Positions 9,698 to 19,022 of a stretch of DNA of 64,000 nucleotides are shown piece after piece (the first letter of the stretch is position 1; every line of letters begins with the position of its first letter). Location of the stretch: positions 1,067 through 65,066 of IMG/VR virus record IMGVR_UViG_3300043773_000356. One strand, 5' to 3'. This stretch comes from a virus (Duplodnaviria; Caudoviricetes). A program made the translations under genes and the position numbers. Below the pieces are notes generated by a model, which did not search any database, was not told the DNA's origin, and saw only the letters and a program-made list of their open reading frames with translations.

Positions 9698-10591
9698 CTA
9701 GAATGTGATGGAGCCGTTGCCGGTCCATTGATAAATCCGATACCCGCCAGAGACCGTAATCGTTGGTGAGCCTGTGGTTGAGGTTGCTGCGGCATAGCTG
9801 TCTGCGTAACGGATGATGACTACACCGGAGCCGCCTGCGCCGCCGCTATACGACGGCGTTCCACCACTTCCTACTGCCCCCCCTCCACCTCCACCACCAG
9901 TGTTTGGCGATCCACCTGTTCCATCGCCTGATTTACTGCCAGCACCACCCCCGCCAGCACCACCAGAACCTGCCGCTGTCTTAGTGCTAATAATCCCACC
10001 GCCACCGCCGCCGGCATAAGTTACCGATGAACCCGTTATAGAAGATGCTGAACCAGCGCCGCCATTACCAGCCGTCCCTCCGCTGCCATTACTTCCAACG
10101 GCACTTGCACCACCGCCACCGCCAGCTCCGTTATCAGATGAAGCAGCATCACCCCCGTTATTTCCTTGAGATGGGCTAGTGCTTGGTGTATTCCCAGACC
10201 CAGGAGATCCTGGAGCCGATCCGCTGGAACCTTCACCGCCCCCCGATCCACCATTGTTTCCTGTTTCCGATGCAGCAGATCCTGTGGCACCAGCACCACC
10301 TCCACCGCCACCAGTTGCTGTAATCGTAGAAAAAACAGAGTCGGTTCCATTCCCGCCTTTAGCACCAAAACCAGCGCCAGAGGCAGCGCCAGCAGCACCT
10401 ACTGTTACCGTAATTGCTACCCCAGCAGAAACAGCAAACCCACTTGCCGTTCTATATCCACCAGCACCACCGCCACCACCAGCCCTTCCACCGCCCCCGC
10501 CACCGCCAGCAACAACCAAGTATTCAACGGAGGGAGGCGGGCCAGCCGTACCCGAAATTGCAGCCATCATCGCCGTAAGTGCACCAGCCAT
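9698..10591 (-). CDS. Glycine-rich domain tail protein
   Basis: VEYLVVAGGGGGG...GGGGAGG...YAGGGGG...GGSGVVIIRY. Confidence 0.8.
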   Translation of the reverse strand: MAGALTAMMAAISGTAGPPPSVEYLVVAGGGGGGGRAGGGGGAGGYRTASGFAVSAGVAITVTVGAAGAASGAGFGAKGGNGTDSVFSTITATGGGGGGAGATGSAASETGNNGGSGGGEGSSGSAPGSPGSGNTPSTSPSQGNNGGDAASSDNGAGGGGGASAVGSNGSGGTAGNGGAGSASSITGSSVTYAGGGGGGIISTKTAAGSGGAGGGGAGSKSGDGTGGSPNTGGGGGGGAVGSGGTPSYSGGAGGSGVVIIRYADSYAAATSTTGSPTITVSGGYRIYQWTGNGSITF

Positions 10592-10592
10592 A

Positions 10593-11516
10593 TCAGGTCA
10601 CTCCTGGCCCAGTTACCCACCAAGTGTCGGTCGCAACCTTAAGCAGCGAGGCCATGCCCTTTGTTGCCACGGTGCGATTGCCCGTGGTTCCGTTAGCGAG
10701 CTGGAACGTCACGCCTGCGCCAGAGATTGTCAGGTTGCCGCTGTTGTTGTTGACAACTAGGATTGTGGTTCCCGTTGGGAAAGCCACAGATGAATTAGTC
10801 GGTACTGTCAGTGTTGCAGTCGAACCACCAGTGAAATAAACGTGATCGCCTGCATCACCTAAAACAAGCGTGTAAGTCGATCCTGATTGGCTATTCTGCG
10901 GTGCGTTGATGTAACCCACCGAGCTAATCGCCATCGTGCTGTTTTTCAGCAGCTTGCCCGTCGTCCCGTCGTAAACCGCAAGGACGCTATCTGTTGAGCT
11001 AGCAGGGCCAACCACATCACCAGCACCCGCCAAAGCCATAAGGCTCCAGTAAGTTGTGTTCGTGGGTAGATTGCCCGTCGATGCCAGAATACAAATGTAG
11101 CTTGAGTTATTATAGCTGACTACATCATTAGCAACGTACGCTGTTGCGCCGTTGTAAGCCCCGCGCCAGATAAATGATGTGCCGTTTGTACCGTTTGTAC
11201 CGTTGGTTCCTGCAAGAGCTAAAAGTGACCAATAGGTTGTGTTGGTAGGCAGATTGCCGGTCGAGTTAAGTATGCAGATATAAGATGAATTGTTGTACGA
11301 AACAACGTCGTTTACTACATATGCAGTGCCAGCACTGTAAGCGCCCTGCCATTTTGCACTTGCAGCATAAGTAAGACTGTTCCAAGCCGTGGAGCCATTA
11401 CCAATCTTAAATCGCCCTGTGTCCGTTTCAGCACCGATTTCCCCCACCATCAAAGTAGGGTTAGCAGATGTCCACTGAGCAGCAGTGCCATTACGGGTTT
11501 GAATTTGAACGGCCAT
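10593..11516 (-). CDS. Tail fibre with Mtd-N-like domain and two carbohydrate-binding-like repeats
   Basis: QIQTRNGTAAQWTSANPTL...GEIGAETDTGRFKIGNG, plus two W.GAY...AY..NDVVSYNNSSYICIL.STGNLPTNTTYWSL repeats. Confidence 0.75.
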   Translation of the reverse strand: MAVQIQTRNGTAAQWTSANPTLMVGEIGAETDTGRFKIGNGSTAWNSLTYAASAKWQGAYSAGTAYVVNDVVSYNNSSYICILNSTGNLPTNTTYWSLLALAGTNGTNGTNGTSFIWRGAYNGATAYVANDVVSYNNSSYICILASTGNLPTNTTYWSLMALAGAGDVVGPASSTDSVLAVYDGTTGKLLKNSTMAISSVGYINAPQNSQSGSTYTLVLGDAGDHVYFTGGSTATLTVPTNSSVAFPTGTTILVVNNNSGNLTISGAGVTFQLANGTTGNRTVATKGMASLLKVATDTWWVTGPGVT

Positions 11517-11908
11517 TAGGGTGCTCCTCCGTTGATAGCCTGTGCGCCGCCATAGTTAGTTGAGGGTATGCCGCCATCTAGATTAGGCGAATTAGCCAGC
11601 GTTGCTTCCGCAGGAAGTGTTACGAATACGTTTTGGGTTCCAGAGCTAAAATTTATTCTGCTTGTGTTTCCGGCAGAATTTGACAGGACTGTATCCCTTG
11701 ACAGCGTTGTACCAGAAGATGTGTAAGTTCCAATTCCAACTTCCCAGTTAGAACCAGACTGATCAGCTATCGTGTAATAAGTGCTATTACCATTACCAAT
11801 GACTGCAAAGTCTTGGAACCCAGTTACCGCCGCGCCTAGGGTTATAGTTGTAGCCGACCCCGGCGCAGATACAGTAACTTGTACACGATCAGCAACTACA
11901 AAAGCCAT
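11516..11908 (-). CDS. Virion structural protein
   Basis: ADRV...WEVGIGTY...TLSRDTVLS...VFVTLPA; translationally coupled. Confidence 0.65.
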   Translation of the reverse strand: MAFVVADRVQVTVSAPGSATTITLGAAVTGFQDFAVIGNGNSTYYTIADQSGSNWEVGIGTYTSSGTTLSRDTVLSNSAGNTSRINFSSGTQNVFVTLPAEATLANSPNLDGGIPSTNYGGAQAINGGAP

Positions 11909-12486
11909 TATGCAGACAAGCTGAACTGATACGTTACTTGAAGAACGTCACCACTAACAACCGAACGATCCCCACCTGTGAAGTCAGAAGCAGAAAACAA
12001 CGTACCCGTTGTGCCACCTTTGGTGTTATCGCTTGTCAAGAACGCACCACCAATCGTAATTTGAGAAACAGAGTTGATGTTAAACGATGCTTTACTTGCT
12101 GTATTAGTAACAACCGAAGGATTAGCCGTTGTCGCCGCCGCAAATGTTGCAGCAGGGCGCGTTGCATTACTGTACGATGTGTCCTCAGTCCATCCGGCGT
12201 GAGAAGACATGGTATCGCCTGCGGCGGGTGTATTAGACGCTCCAGCCCCGTAAAGACCAATATACCAAGAAGTGATGCGCGATGTTGCCCCGTCAAGCGA
12301 CGTGCCAGCCATGTACTGAAGGCCCACGTTGACCACGAGGTTTTTAGATTCCGCTGTCCATTTGAGATTGCCGTCTTTGTCGTAGCACTCAAAGAAATAC
12401 TTGCCCATCGCACGGGCTGCTTCTCCAGAACCTGGGCGAGCAATTAATCCGCTAGATACAGCATCATTTGTCTTTGCGTGTTCCAT
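11908..12486 (-). CDS. Virion structural protein
   Basis: Beta-rich, NLVVNVG...GTLFSA; coupled to neighbours. Confidence 0.65.
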   Translation of the reverse strand: MEHAKTNDAVSSGLIARPGSGEAARAMGKYFFECYDKDGNLKWTAESKNLVVNVGLQYMAGTSLDGATSRITSWYIGLYGAGASNTPAAGDTMSSHAGWTEDTSYSNATRPAATFAAATTANPSVVTNTASKASFNINSVSQITIGGAFLTSDNTKGGTTGTLFSASDFTGGDRSVVSGDVLQVTYQFSLSA

Positions 12487-12920
12487 TATGAAATCCTCAA
12501 TATAGAATCAGTTGCGCCCATTGGCGGAAAAGTAATAACCAAATTTGAAGCTGTTTTAGTAATTGTGTTACCAAAACTTAAAACACAAACCGCACGATTG
12601 CCGTTTGTTGAATTGTAAATCAGCGCCCCTGCACATGAAAGGGTCACGTTGGTAAACGTTGCGTCATCAAACGACCAATATCCTGTAGTACCCGAAGAAA
12701 GAGGGGTAATGTTTGTAAGTGCAATTCCACCGGCGGTGTAATTGGTTCCACTCGACGATACTTCCCCAGAGGATGTGTATACAGTGGTGCTAGCACTGAG
12801 ATCGGCAGTTGCGACGTACAAGGCGAGTTTAAATACATCCCCCGTTGTCCTTGTAAAATTGTGCAAGGCTTGAGCAACCTCAGCTTTGAAGCTTGTGCAC
12901 ATTGTTTGGTAAATTGCCAT
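12486..12920 (-). CDS. Virion structural protein
   Basis: MCTSFKAE...FKLALY...YTAGG...GALIYN. Confidence 0.65.
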   Translation of the reverse strand: MAIYQTMCTSFKAEVAQALHNFTRTTGDVFKLALYVATADLSASTTVYTSSGEVSSSGTNYTAGGIALTNITPLSSGTTGYWSFDDATFTNVTLSCAGALIYNSTNGNRAVCVLSFGNTITKTASNLVITFPPMGATDSILRIS

Positions 12921-12921
12921 A

Positions 12922-13629
12922 CTACTTCACCGGATACCGTACTTGACCAGAACGATAAGCGTCCTGACGCTCCAGACCATCTGCCAAACGCTTTGCAAGT
13001 GCAAGAGCTTCTTTATATTGCGTGTCTATTCTGCCAAGCATGTCGGGTTCAGCTTTAATAAACGTATACCCTTCTTGCAGCGCTCCATAAAATAAAACTG
13101 AATCAAAATTGTCACCGAGCCAAGAAGTGCCAGCAGTCACAATTGATTCTGGGTAATAGTAATAGTGAAGCTCGACATTATAATTTGCATCAGGCGTTGG
13201 GCCTAACAAAAACGTCAGTTCATTAGTGATTGTGCCGCTGTTAACAGTAGGGCCAAAAATAGCGTAGTGGCGGGGGCGTCCTGTATTACCTGAACCAGTT
13301 GGTACAGGGTAAGCTTCACGAATAAAATTAACGTCTTTATTAAGCAAATAATGATACCGCCCATCAGCGTCAATAACTGCCATACTGTAGGGCGATAAAA
13401 AATCACTGGGGCACTCAAGGTATTTATTATTTGTCGTTGTCACACCCGTTACATTCTTGCGGATAGACGGAAACTGCATGGAGTTATAAATGCGCTGCTC
13501 AGCTTGTTGAACAAAAACAGCAAGCTGCTCGTCTGACGTAAACGTTGTAACCGAATCCGCAAACGTAATCGTTGGGAAGTCGTTCTCGACATATCCTCGG
13601 ATCGCCTTTTTTAACTCCGTATAATTCAC
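12922..13629 (-). CDS. Head-tail adaptor-like protein
   Basis: MNYTELKKAI...QAEQRIY...LGPTPDANYNVELHYYY...LFYGAL; GTG start. Confidence 0.65.
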   Translation of the reverse strand: MNYTELKKAIRGYVENDFPTITFADSVTTFTSDEQLAVFVQQAEQRIYNSMQFPSIRKNVTGVTTTNNKYLECPSDFLSPYSMAVIDADGRYHYLLNKDVNFIREAYPVPTGSGNTGRPRHYAIFGPTVNSGTITNELTFLLGPTPDANYNVELHYYYYPESIVTAGTSWLGDNFDSVLFYGALQEGYTFIKAEPDMLGRIDTQYKEALALAKRLADGLERQDAYRSGQVRYPVK

Positions 13630-13769
13630 GCCATCGGCCCCCTAGCCATTACGCCTTTGGTTGCACAACCTGTGCCACGAATCTTGATACCAGAAGTCTT
13701 AGGCTTTGCATCCGTAGACTTTGGAGTCGGTGCAGGTTTGGGTTGGTTGAAGGGTTTAACTTGTTTCAT
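13626..13769 (-). CDS. Small basic protein (47 aa)
   Basis: Read manually: MKQVKPFNQPKPAPTPKSTDAKPKTSGIKIRGTGCATKGVMARGPMA. Overlaps both neighbours. Confidence 0.7.
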   Translation of the reverse strand: MKQVKPFNQPKPAPTPKSTDAKPKTSGIKIRGTGCATKGVMARGPMA

Positions 13770-13960
13770 TATCGCCCCCGTACAGCATTCTTTTGGTTAG
13801 CAATCTTGGCAAGGTTACGCCCCATCTTCAGCATGTTTGCGTTAGTTTTGCCACCCTTGGCAAGTTTGGTCAGAGGCTGACCTTTGTGCTTGGCTTTCTC
13901 GTGCTTGTGCACTGCACCAGCAATCATCTTTTTGTCCTGCGCTAAGTCTTTCTTATCCAT
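13769..13960 (-). CDS. Small basic protein
   Basis: Lys-rich, LAKGG motif, AGGAG RBS. Confidence 0.7.
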   Translation of the reverse strand: MDKKDLAQDKKMIAGAVHKHEKAKHKGQPLTKLAKGGKTNANMLKMGRNLAKIANQKNAVRGR

Positions 13961-13969
13961 CGTTTGCTC

Positions 13970-14398
13970 CTACGATACGGTGACAGAATTAACCAAACCC
14001 TGCGCTACTAAATCGTTTGGGGTAAGCGCAGCATCAAAAGATCTTGAACCACCTACAGGGTTAAAACCCCACTGAATAATTCGACTACCCATTGTAATCG
14101 TACCTAGCTCATCAATGCTAGAGTCATCATTCACAGGTTCAACTCGCAGACCATTAAGTCCAGCTTGCCTATACGAATTAGAATCTACTCGTGGGTTTCG
14201 TATAGCTTGCGGGTCATACACAGGGTACATACCAAGTTGTAGCTGCGGCTGATCTGGTTCCCAACACTCAGGGCAAACAAGAATATTGACGTTCTTGGTT
14301 TTAATGACCAACGACTTTAACTGCTTCAGCTTAAATCTAAAGTTACACCTATCGCACTGCGCGATAGCATATTTACCAGAGGCAAACTGATTGGGCAT
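13970..14398 (-). CDS. Conserved phage protein with two CxxC motifs
   Basis: CDRC...VCPECWEPDQPQL. Confidence 0.7.
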   Translation of the reverse strand: MPNQFASGKYAIAQCDRCNFRFKLKQLKSLVIKTKNVNILVCPECWEPDQPQLQLGMYPVYDPQAIRNPRVDSNSYRQAGLNGLRVEPVNDDSSIDELGTITMGSRIIQWGFNPVGGSRSFDAALTPNDLVAQGLVNSVTVS

Positions 14399-15162
14399 TA
14401 GAAGCTCCCAGTATTGCCTAAATACATCCGACGTGGCACAAAACGAACCGCAGCTTTTTCACGGTCTTCACCAGCGGCAAAATTCCACTGTTCTTCATAA
14501 GAAGCTTTTAATATCTGAAGCCTTTCTAACCCTTCAGGAATCTTCTGCGCGATGTAATACGCCAACCCTGCTGTAATACAGGGAAGAAACCTAAACGGCA
14601 TATCAGGGGTTTGAATCCCGTCACCAGCATTCTGAATACGACGCATCCGCCAGTAGACTACTTGATAGTACGGCGAGGCTTCGGTACCTTGGTCAGGTAC
14701 GGGCCAAACTGTGAATTGGGGGTAGGCGGTTGCAGATGGAGAATAACTGCTGGTGGCGGGGTACGTGGCTCCAGAGTTCCTGCTGATGTAAATCTGTATC
14801 GGTCGTGCTTGAGAAAGTTTGTTTGGGATTGTGGCGTAGGTGGAGACACTAATCCGGGTAAGTGTGAGGTCAGCTTGCGTAGAGGCATTCCCGGCTCCCG
14901 TTCTTATAACGTGCTCAAGCAAGTCAATGGTGTCGTTCGGTAAATCGTACGTCGCAGTGCCCTGTACCAAATTCTTCGTGCCCTGCTCAATCGTCCACAT
15001 ATTGATGCCACGATTCGCCCACTCAATCGTCAGTAGGTTCATCGAACGACGTGCAGTACGCAAGTCGTAACCAGAGCGCATCTCCCGACCAGCCCTTTCA
15101 AAAGCTTCTTCGGCTATGTCAGTAAATTCAAGATTAAAGTCGGTTGAGCCGCTAGTGGTCAT
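14398..15162 (-). CDS. Tail tubular A/adaptor-like protein
   Basis: EEAFERAG...ARRSMNLL..EWANRG...WPVPD...PFRFLPCITAGLAYY. Confidence 0.65.
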   Translation of the reverse strand: MTTSGSTDFNLEFTDIAEEAFERAGREMRSGYDLRTARRSMNLLTIEWANRGINMWTIEQGTKNLVQGTATYDLPNDTIDLLEHVIRTGAGNASTQADLTLTRISVSTYATIPNKLSQARPIQIYISRNSGATYPATSSYSPSATAYPQFTVWPVPDQGTEASPYYQVVYWRMRRIQNAGDGIQTPDMPFRFLPCITAGLAYYIAQKIPEGLERLQILKASYEEQWNFAAGEDREKAAVRFVPRRMYLGNTGSF

Positions 15163-15392
15163 CTAAATCTCGCAGTCTTTGCGGCAATTTTTGCCGGTTG
15201 TTTGACAAACTGCTTTCCTGCGCTTTTTCCAGCTCGTTTTGCCTTTGTCGTTGCAGCGTATTCTGAAGGTGTAAGAGATTTAATTGCCGCCTCCGGGAGG
15301 TATCGTTCGCCAGTTTTGCTAGACGGTTTACCACTTTTTGTCCGCCATTTCTGGTCCCCCCAAGCCTTCAAACTCTGCTGCGGCGCTTTCAA
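15159..15392 (-). CDS. Small basic conserved phage protein
   Basis: QKWRTKSGKPSSKTGERYLP; overlaps neighbours by 4 nt. Confidence 0.65.
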   Translation of the reverse strand: MKAPQQSLKAWGDQKWRTKSGKPSSKTGERYLPEAAIKSLTPSEYAATTKAKRAGKSAGKQFVKQPAKIAAKTARFR

Positions 15393-15664
15393 TCTCGGTA
15401 GCCCCCACCTGCGGCTTTGTACTTCTTAGCTACAAGCTGTGCTTTTCTCGCGGACCATTGCCCTGCGCCTGTGCCATGAGTAGCTGCGGCTTTAACCTGA
15501 GCGACAATCTTCTTGCGAAGCCCCGGTTTGGTGTAATTACCTGCCGCATTCACCTTGCCACCTTCAGCGTACTGATCAAAATCAGTGTTATCCCGCCTAG
15601 CTTTACGCTTGGCAGTTGGCATTTTTGAGGGCGAAATCGCCCCCATCCCGCGAGAGGGCATCAT
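15389..15664 (-). CDS. Small basic conserved phage protein
   Basis: YAEGG, NYTKPGLR...GQWSARKAQL...YKAAGGGY. Confidence 0.7.
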   Translation of the reverse strand: MMPSRGMGAISPSKMPTAKRKARRDNTDFDQYAEGGKVNAAGNYTKPGLRKKIVAQVKAAATHGTGAGQWSARKAQLVAKKYKAAGGGYRD

Positions 15665-15665
15665 C

Positions 15666-15953
15666 TCAGCAAGCCTTACCGCCGTAAGCCATCTTCTTCA
15701 TCTTAGCCATACCACCTTTAGCCATCTTGATTTGTTTACCTTTGGTTTTACCCTTGGTAGCAACACCGTCACGGCTAGGAGCAGCAGTCTTAACAGCGCC
15801 CATTTTTGATGGGGCTACGCCACCACCCATATTCATCTTTTTCATCGTAAATTCCTTTCCTACAGATTGAGGGACACCAACTTTCTTCGCAAACTTGGGG
15901 TTATGTGCTACGGCTTGCATGAACTTCTCTTGCTTTGCGCTAACTGCTGGCAT
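15666..15953 (-). CDS. Small basic protein
   Basis: MPAVSAKQEKFM...VPQSVGKEF, with several xxGG motifs. Confidence 0.7.
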   Translation of the reverse strand: MPAVSAKQEKFMQAVAHNPKFAKKVGVPQSVGKEFTMKKMNMGGGVAPSKMGAVKTAAPSRDGVATKGKTKGKQIKMAKGGMAKMKKMAYGGKAC

Positions 15954-16318
15954 TAGACCATCTTCCCACGGGTTTTACCGCGCATTGCAATACCATCAGC
16001 ACGTTTAGAAGCTGAACCTACTTTGCCACCTTTTTTATAGGGCTCTTCGCTAGGGTCGGCAGCGTCAAACCGTTCTTTAAAGCGGCGCACTTTGTCTTCC
16101 CGTTCAGGCGTTGATTTTCTTTTAGTAATAATCTCGTCTTGTGCTTTATTTTGCTTTAAGTCTCTTGCTATGCCTACAGCCCTAGCAGTAGATCCTGCTA
16201 TTCCAGGGATGCCAACACCGTGACCGTACTCTTCAGCTACACCAGCAGCGCGTTCTGCAAGAGAAGGCTTTTTACCTCGCACTTCTACGCGACCACCTTC
16301 ATCGTATTTCTTTTTCAT
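15953..16318 (-). CDS. Small basic protein
   Basis: YDEGG, YKKGG and SKRADGIAMRGKTRG. Confidence 0.7.
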   Translation of the reverse strand: MKKKYDEGGRVEVRGKKPSLAERAAGVAEEYGHGVGIPGIAGSTARAVGIARDLKQNKAQDEIITKRKSTPEREDKVRRFKERFDAADPSEEPYKKGGKVGSASKRADGIAMRGKTRGKMV

Positions 16319-16323
16319 CTTGC

Positions 16324-16575
16324 TTATCCTTTTTTAGCAAGCGCATCAATCTTTGCTTCAAGCCGTTCAAAGCCTGTATCAAAGCGTTCCATAATCTTTT
16401 CAAGATCTGCACGAACCTCTGCACGAGTGATGTGATCACGAGCGATTTCCTCCCTCGTTTTGTTGAGCAGAATCTGAATACGTTTCTGCTCGTCGGATGC
16501 GTTTTTAAGCATCAACATGACCAAGGCCACGAAAAATGATGTAACCAGATTCCAAACCAAGACGCCAGTATCCAT
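16324..16575 (-). CDS. Membrane-anchored coiled-coil protein
   Basis: N-terminal TM helix followed by LLNKTREE...RLEAKID. Confidence 0.65.
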   Translation of the reverse strand: MDTGVLVWNLVTSFFVALVMLMLKNASDEQKRIQILLNKTREEIARDHITRAEVRADLEKIMERFDTGFERLEAKIDALAKKG

Positions 16576-16830
16576 TTAACATTTCCAAGCGCGTAGACTT
16601 TTATTGATACGACTGTTTGGGTCATTAGCAGTCTTGGCACTCGTAAGCTTCTTCTTCATGCCTTCCATCCTGGCACAGAATGACTTTTTACGAGGCCCGC
16701 CCTCTGGCTGAGGTGCTTTGAGTCCAGGCTTTCCCGGATTGGCAGCGTTGTACGATGCTCGACCCTTGGCGTTCAAACCACCTTTTGGGTTTTTACCTTC
16801 CTTGCGCTGCCAAGCTGGGGTTTTTGCCAT
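16576..16830 (-). CDS. Small basic conserved phage protein
   Basis: AWQRKEGKNPKGGLNAKGRAS...SFCARM...RAWKC. Confidence 0.7.
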   Translation of the reverse strand: MAKTPAWQRKEGKNPKGGLNAKGRASYNAANPGKPGLKAPQPEGGPRKKSFCARMEGMKKKLTSAKTANDPNSRINKSLRAWKC

Positions 16831-16834
16831 GACA

Positions 16835-17410
16835 TCACCCGCAGATTAGTGTAACCGCAGTGACATTCGTAACCGCCACGGTTGCAAGATCATTCGTTTT
16901 GTACGTTGTACGGATACCTTCTGCTGCCATATACAAGCTATTAACCTGCGTAGCTGAAGCTGGGGTATCAATCTCAAGCAGCAACGTTGAATCACTTGCA
17001 CGAGTAACAATCACCGTACCCGCAGAAGCACTTGCCAAGTAATATAAACCTTTGATCCGGGTCATTGGTAGAGCTAGATTGCCACCATACCCAACCGTGA
17101 TTGCCGCTGCGGTCGCTGCACTTACTGTGATACTTGAAACGGAAGCGAAGTAGTTAGTGCTGTAAACCGTATTGTTGTTTGGCCCAGCAACTACCTCAGT
17201 AACAACCACACCACCTACGGTTGTGCCTGTGATGGTAAAGTTTTTACCCGTTTCGTTACCCGTGCCGGTAATGGATACTTTGTAACCGTACCCATTAATT
17301 CCCGGCGTTGTAGCAGCAAGCGTAAGTGCACCAGCACCACTCGGTGTAACCGAAGTCACATAAAAGTTGGCACTCGACTTTATCTTGACCGACCATACAT
17401 CATATTGCAT
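16835..17410 (-). CDS. Virion structural protein
   Basis: Thr/Val/Gly-rich; GAGG RBS. Confidence 0.65.
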   Translation of the reverse strand: MQYDVWSVKIKSSANFYVTSVTPSGAGALTLAATTPGINGYGYKVSITGTGNETGKNFTITGTTVGGVVVTEVVAGPNNNTVYSTNYFASVSSITVSAATAAAITVGYGGNLALPMTRIKGLYYLASASAGTVIVTRASDSTLLLEIDTPASATQVNSLYMAAEGIRTTYKTNDLATVAVTNVTAVTLICG

Positions 17411-17423
17411 GGTGCACCTCTAA

Positions 17424-17963
17424 TTAAGACGTTGCAAACGGTGTAGCTACTGTACCTGAACCGTTTACTGTTCCAGTAACCATATACTTCAATGCGGCAA
17501 CTGCAACAATCTGCACCCAAGTGCCTGCAACACCACCTGTGGTTGTGCCATTAAAGTTAATGAAATCGTCGTTTGCGCCAGCAGTAAACCCAACAGCCGC
17601 ACCCGAAGTATCGGTGTCAATTGACAATACTGAACCGACAAAACGGTCTGTGCCATCAGTAGCAATCTTTAGCGATGACGTGGAGATGGTGGTTGGAACC
17701 CAAATGGTGTAAACCACACCTTCATTGTTCAAAGTGTTAGGGTCATTACCGGGGCCAGACGAAGAAGCGTTTGCCGAAGTATTGATGGTAGGTAGTGTTA
17801 ACTGCACATTAGCAGCAAGAGAACCACCAACAGAAATAATCCTGCCGCCGTGATCTACGGGGGTAAGCGTGGTGCTAGAAGTAATTTCTACGATGGTAGA
17901 CGGACCCTGCTGGTAGATACCGCCAAGAGAGCGGATCGGTCCTTGGAACGTGGTGCGAGCCAT
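17424..17963 (-). CDS. Capsid-associated/decoration protein
   Basis: MARTTFQGPIRS...; follows the major capsid gene; GAGGA RBS. Confidence 0.6.
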   Translation of the reverse strand: MARTTFQGPIRSLGGIYQQGPSTIVEITSSTTLTPVDHGGRIISVGGSLAANVQLTLPTINTSANASSSGPGNDPNTLNNEGVVYTIWVPTTISTSSLKIATDGTDRFVGSVLSIDTDTSGAAVGFTAGANDDFINFNGTTTGGVAGTWVQIVAVAALKYMVTGTVNGSGTVATPFATS

Positions 17964-18045
17964 ATTGTCCTCACATGCGATGTCGGTGTATTAGTCTGCA
18001 TGTCGTCAGCCGGGACTGTCTAATACACCGGGCTAACCCCGGAAT
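17964..18045 (-). promoter_or_regulatory. Structured 5' leader with predicted pseudoknot next to RBS
   Basis: 11-bp stem 17984-17994/18020-18030. Loop hexamer 17998-18003 is complementary to 17973-17978, which adjoins the GAGGA RBS. Confidence 0.5.
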
Positions 18046-18051
18046 ACACCT

Positions 18052-18079
18052 AGTATAAATAAAAAAGGGGGTTTTGCAA
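18052..18079 (-). promoter_or_regulatory. Sigma70-like promoter TTGCAA-N16-TATACT embedded in the capsid terminator
   Basis: -35 at 18079-18074, -10 at 18057-18052. Confidence 0.5.
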
Positions 18080-18089
18080 CCCCCTTTTT
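18061..18089 (-). terminator. Intrinsic terminator after major capsid gene
   Basis: AAAAAGGGGGTT-GCAA-AACCCCCTTTTTT hairpin with a U tract. Confidence 0.85.
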
Positions 18090-18100
18090 CCTGCGCCTTC

Positions 18101-19009
18101 TTAAGCTCCAGGCGAACCAAAGATACCTAAAGGATCGCTGACTCCAAACGAGTAACGTTCCCTTGCTTTGTAGCGAACGTTTCCGGTATCGAAATCGCCA
18201 TCCATTGAGTTCTGCATCGGTGTGCGAACAAAATGCTTCAGGCCGTTAGGCACATCAGTAGTCAGGAACCATGCGTTGGTATCGGTCAAATAGTGGTTGA
18301 CCGTATAACCTTCGGGGATGGAACCCATCATCTTCAGTGCGTTAACGTCGTTGTCAGCAGTCGCCACACGAAGCTCGGTTTGTAGCAAACGAGTTGCCGT
18401 AAACATGAGGTTCGGAGGAACAACCAACTTGCGGGGCTTTGCAGCGATCAGCAACCCACGTTCATCAGTCCACGCAGCGATTTGAATCACGGCGTTTTCC
18501 AACGAAGTTTCGTTTAAGTCTGCATTAGTAGCAGGGCGGTTGCTGTTAACACCACCAGAAACCAGCGGATGCGAAGTTGAGAACAAAGGCTGACCGTCAC
18601 CATAGGTAACGCTTGAACTAAAGCCGTTGTTCAGAACTGCTGCTGCCTTCACCTCTTTGGTGTAGTACATCGCACGAGCAAGTGCCTTGGTGTAACGAGC
18701 AGACAAGCTGTCGTACAGGTTATCCTCAATCGCTTCTTCAGTGATCGAGAACCCAAGTGCAATGGTTTCGTGCGTATAGCGAGCAGTCCAAGCCTCCTGC
18801 GCGTTGTCATAACTTATTGCAGAACCCTCGTTCTTCACAGGGGCTGCGCTAAATCCTGACAGCTTGGTTTCTTCCTCGAAAGAACGCTCGGAAGTCTCTG
18901 TTTCGTAGATTTCCTTGTGCTCTTCGCCATACTTCGCATACTCCAGGCCAAACAGGGCGTTAAGGCCGGGGAGCAGCTCTTTCAATAGTTGTGCGCGTGA
19001 AATAGCCAT
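18101..19009 (-). CDS. Major capsid protein (HK97 fold, Mu gpT-like family)
   Basis: MAISRAQLLKELLPGLNALFGLEY...GDFDTGNVRYKARERYSFG; lies after the scaffold gene and is followed by a terminator. Confidence 0.9.
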   Translation of the reverse strand: MAISRAQLLKELLPGLNALFGLEYAKYGEEHKEIYETETSERSFEEETKLSGFSAAPVKNEGSAISYDNAQEAWTARYTHETIALGFSITEEAIEDNLYDSLSARYTKALARAMYYTKEVKAAAVLNNGFSSSVTYGDGQPLFSTSHPLVSGGVNSNRPATNADLNETSLENAVIQIAAWTDERGLLIAAKPRKLVVPPNLMFTATRLLQTELRVATADNDVNALKMMGSIPEGYTVNHYLTDTNAWFLTTDVPNGLKHFVRTPMQNSMDGDFDTGNVRYKARERYSFGVSDPLGIFGSPGA

Positions 19010-19022
19010 TTAATTTCCCCTA

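Noticed and set aside
9813-10760. Pro-rich + strand ORFs (9813-10019, 10179-10760)
   Set aside because: They are antisense shadows of the glycine-rich tail gene.
18002-18010. CUGACGA (minus strand) resembling a hammerhead ribozyme core
   Set aside because: No GAAA and stem II arrangement follows; kept only as a structured leader.
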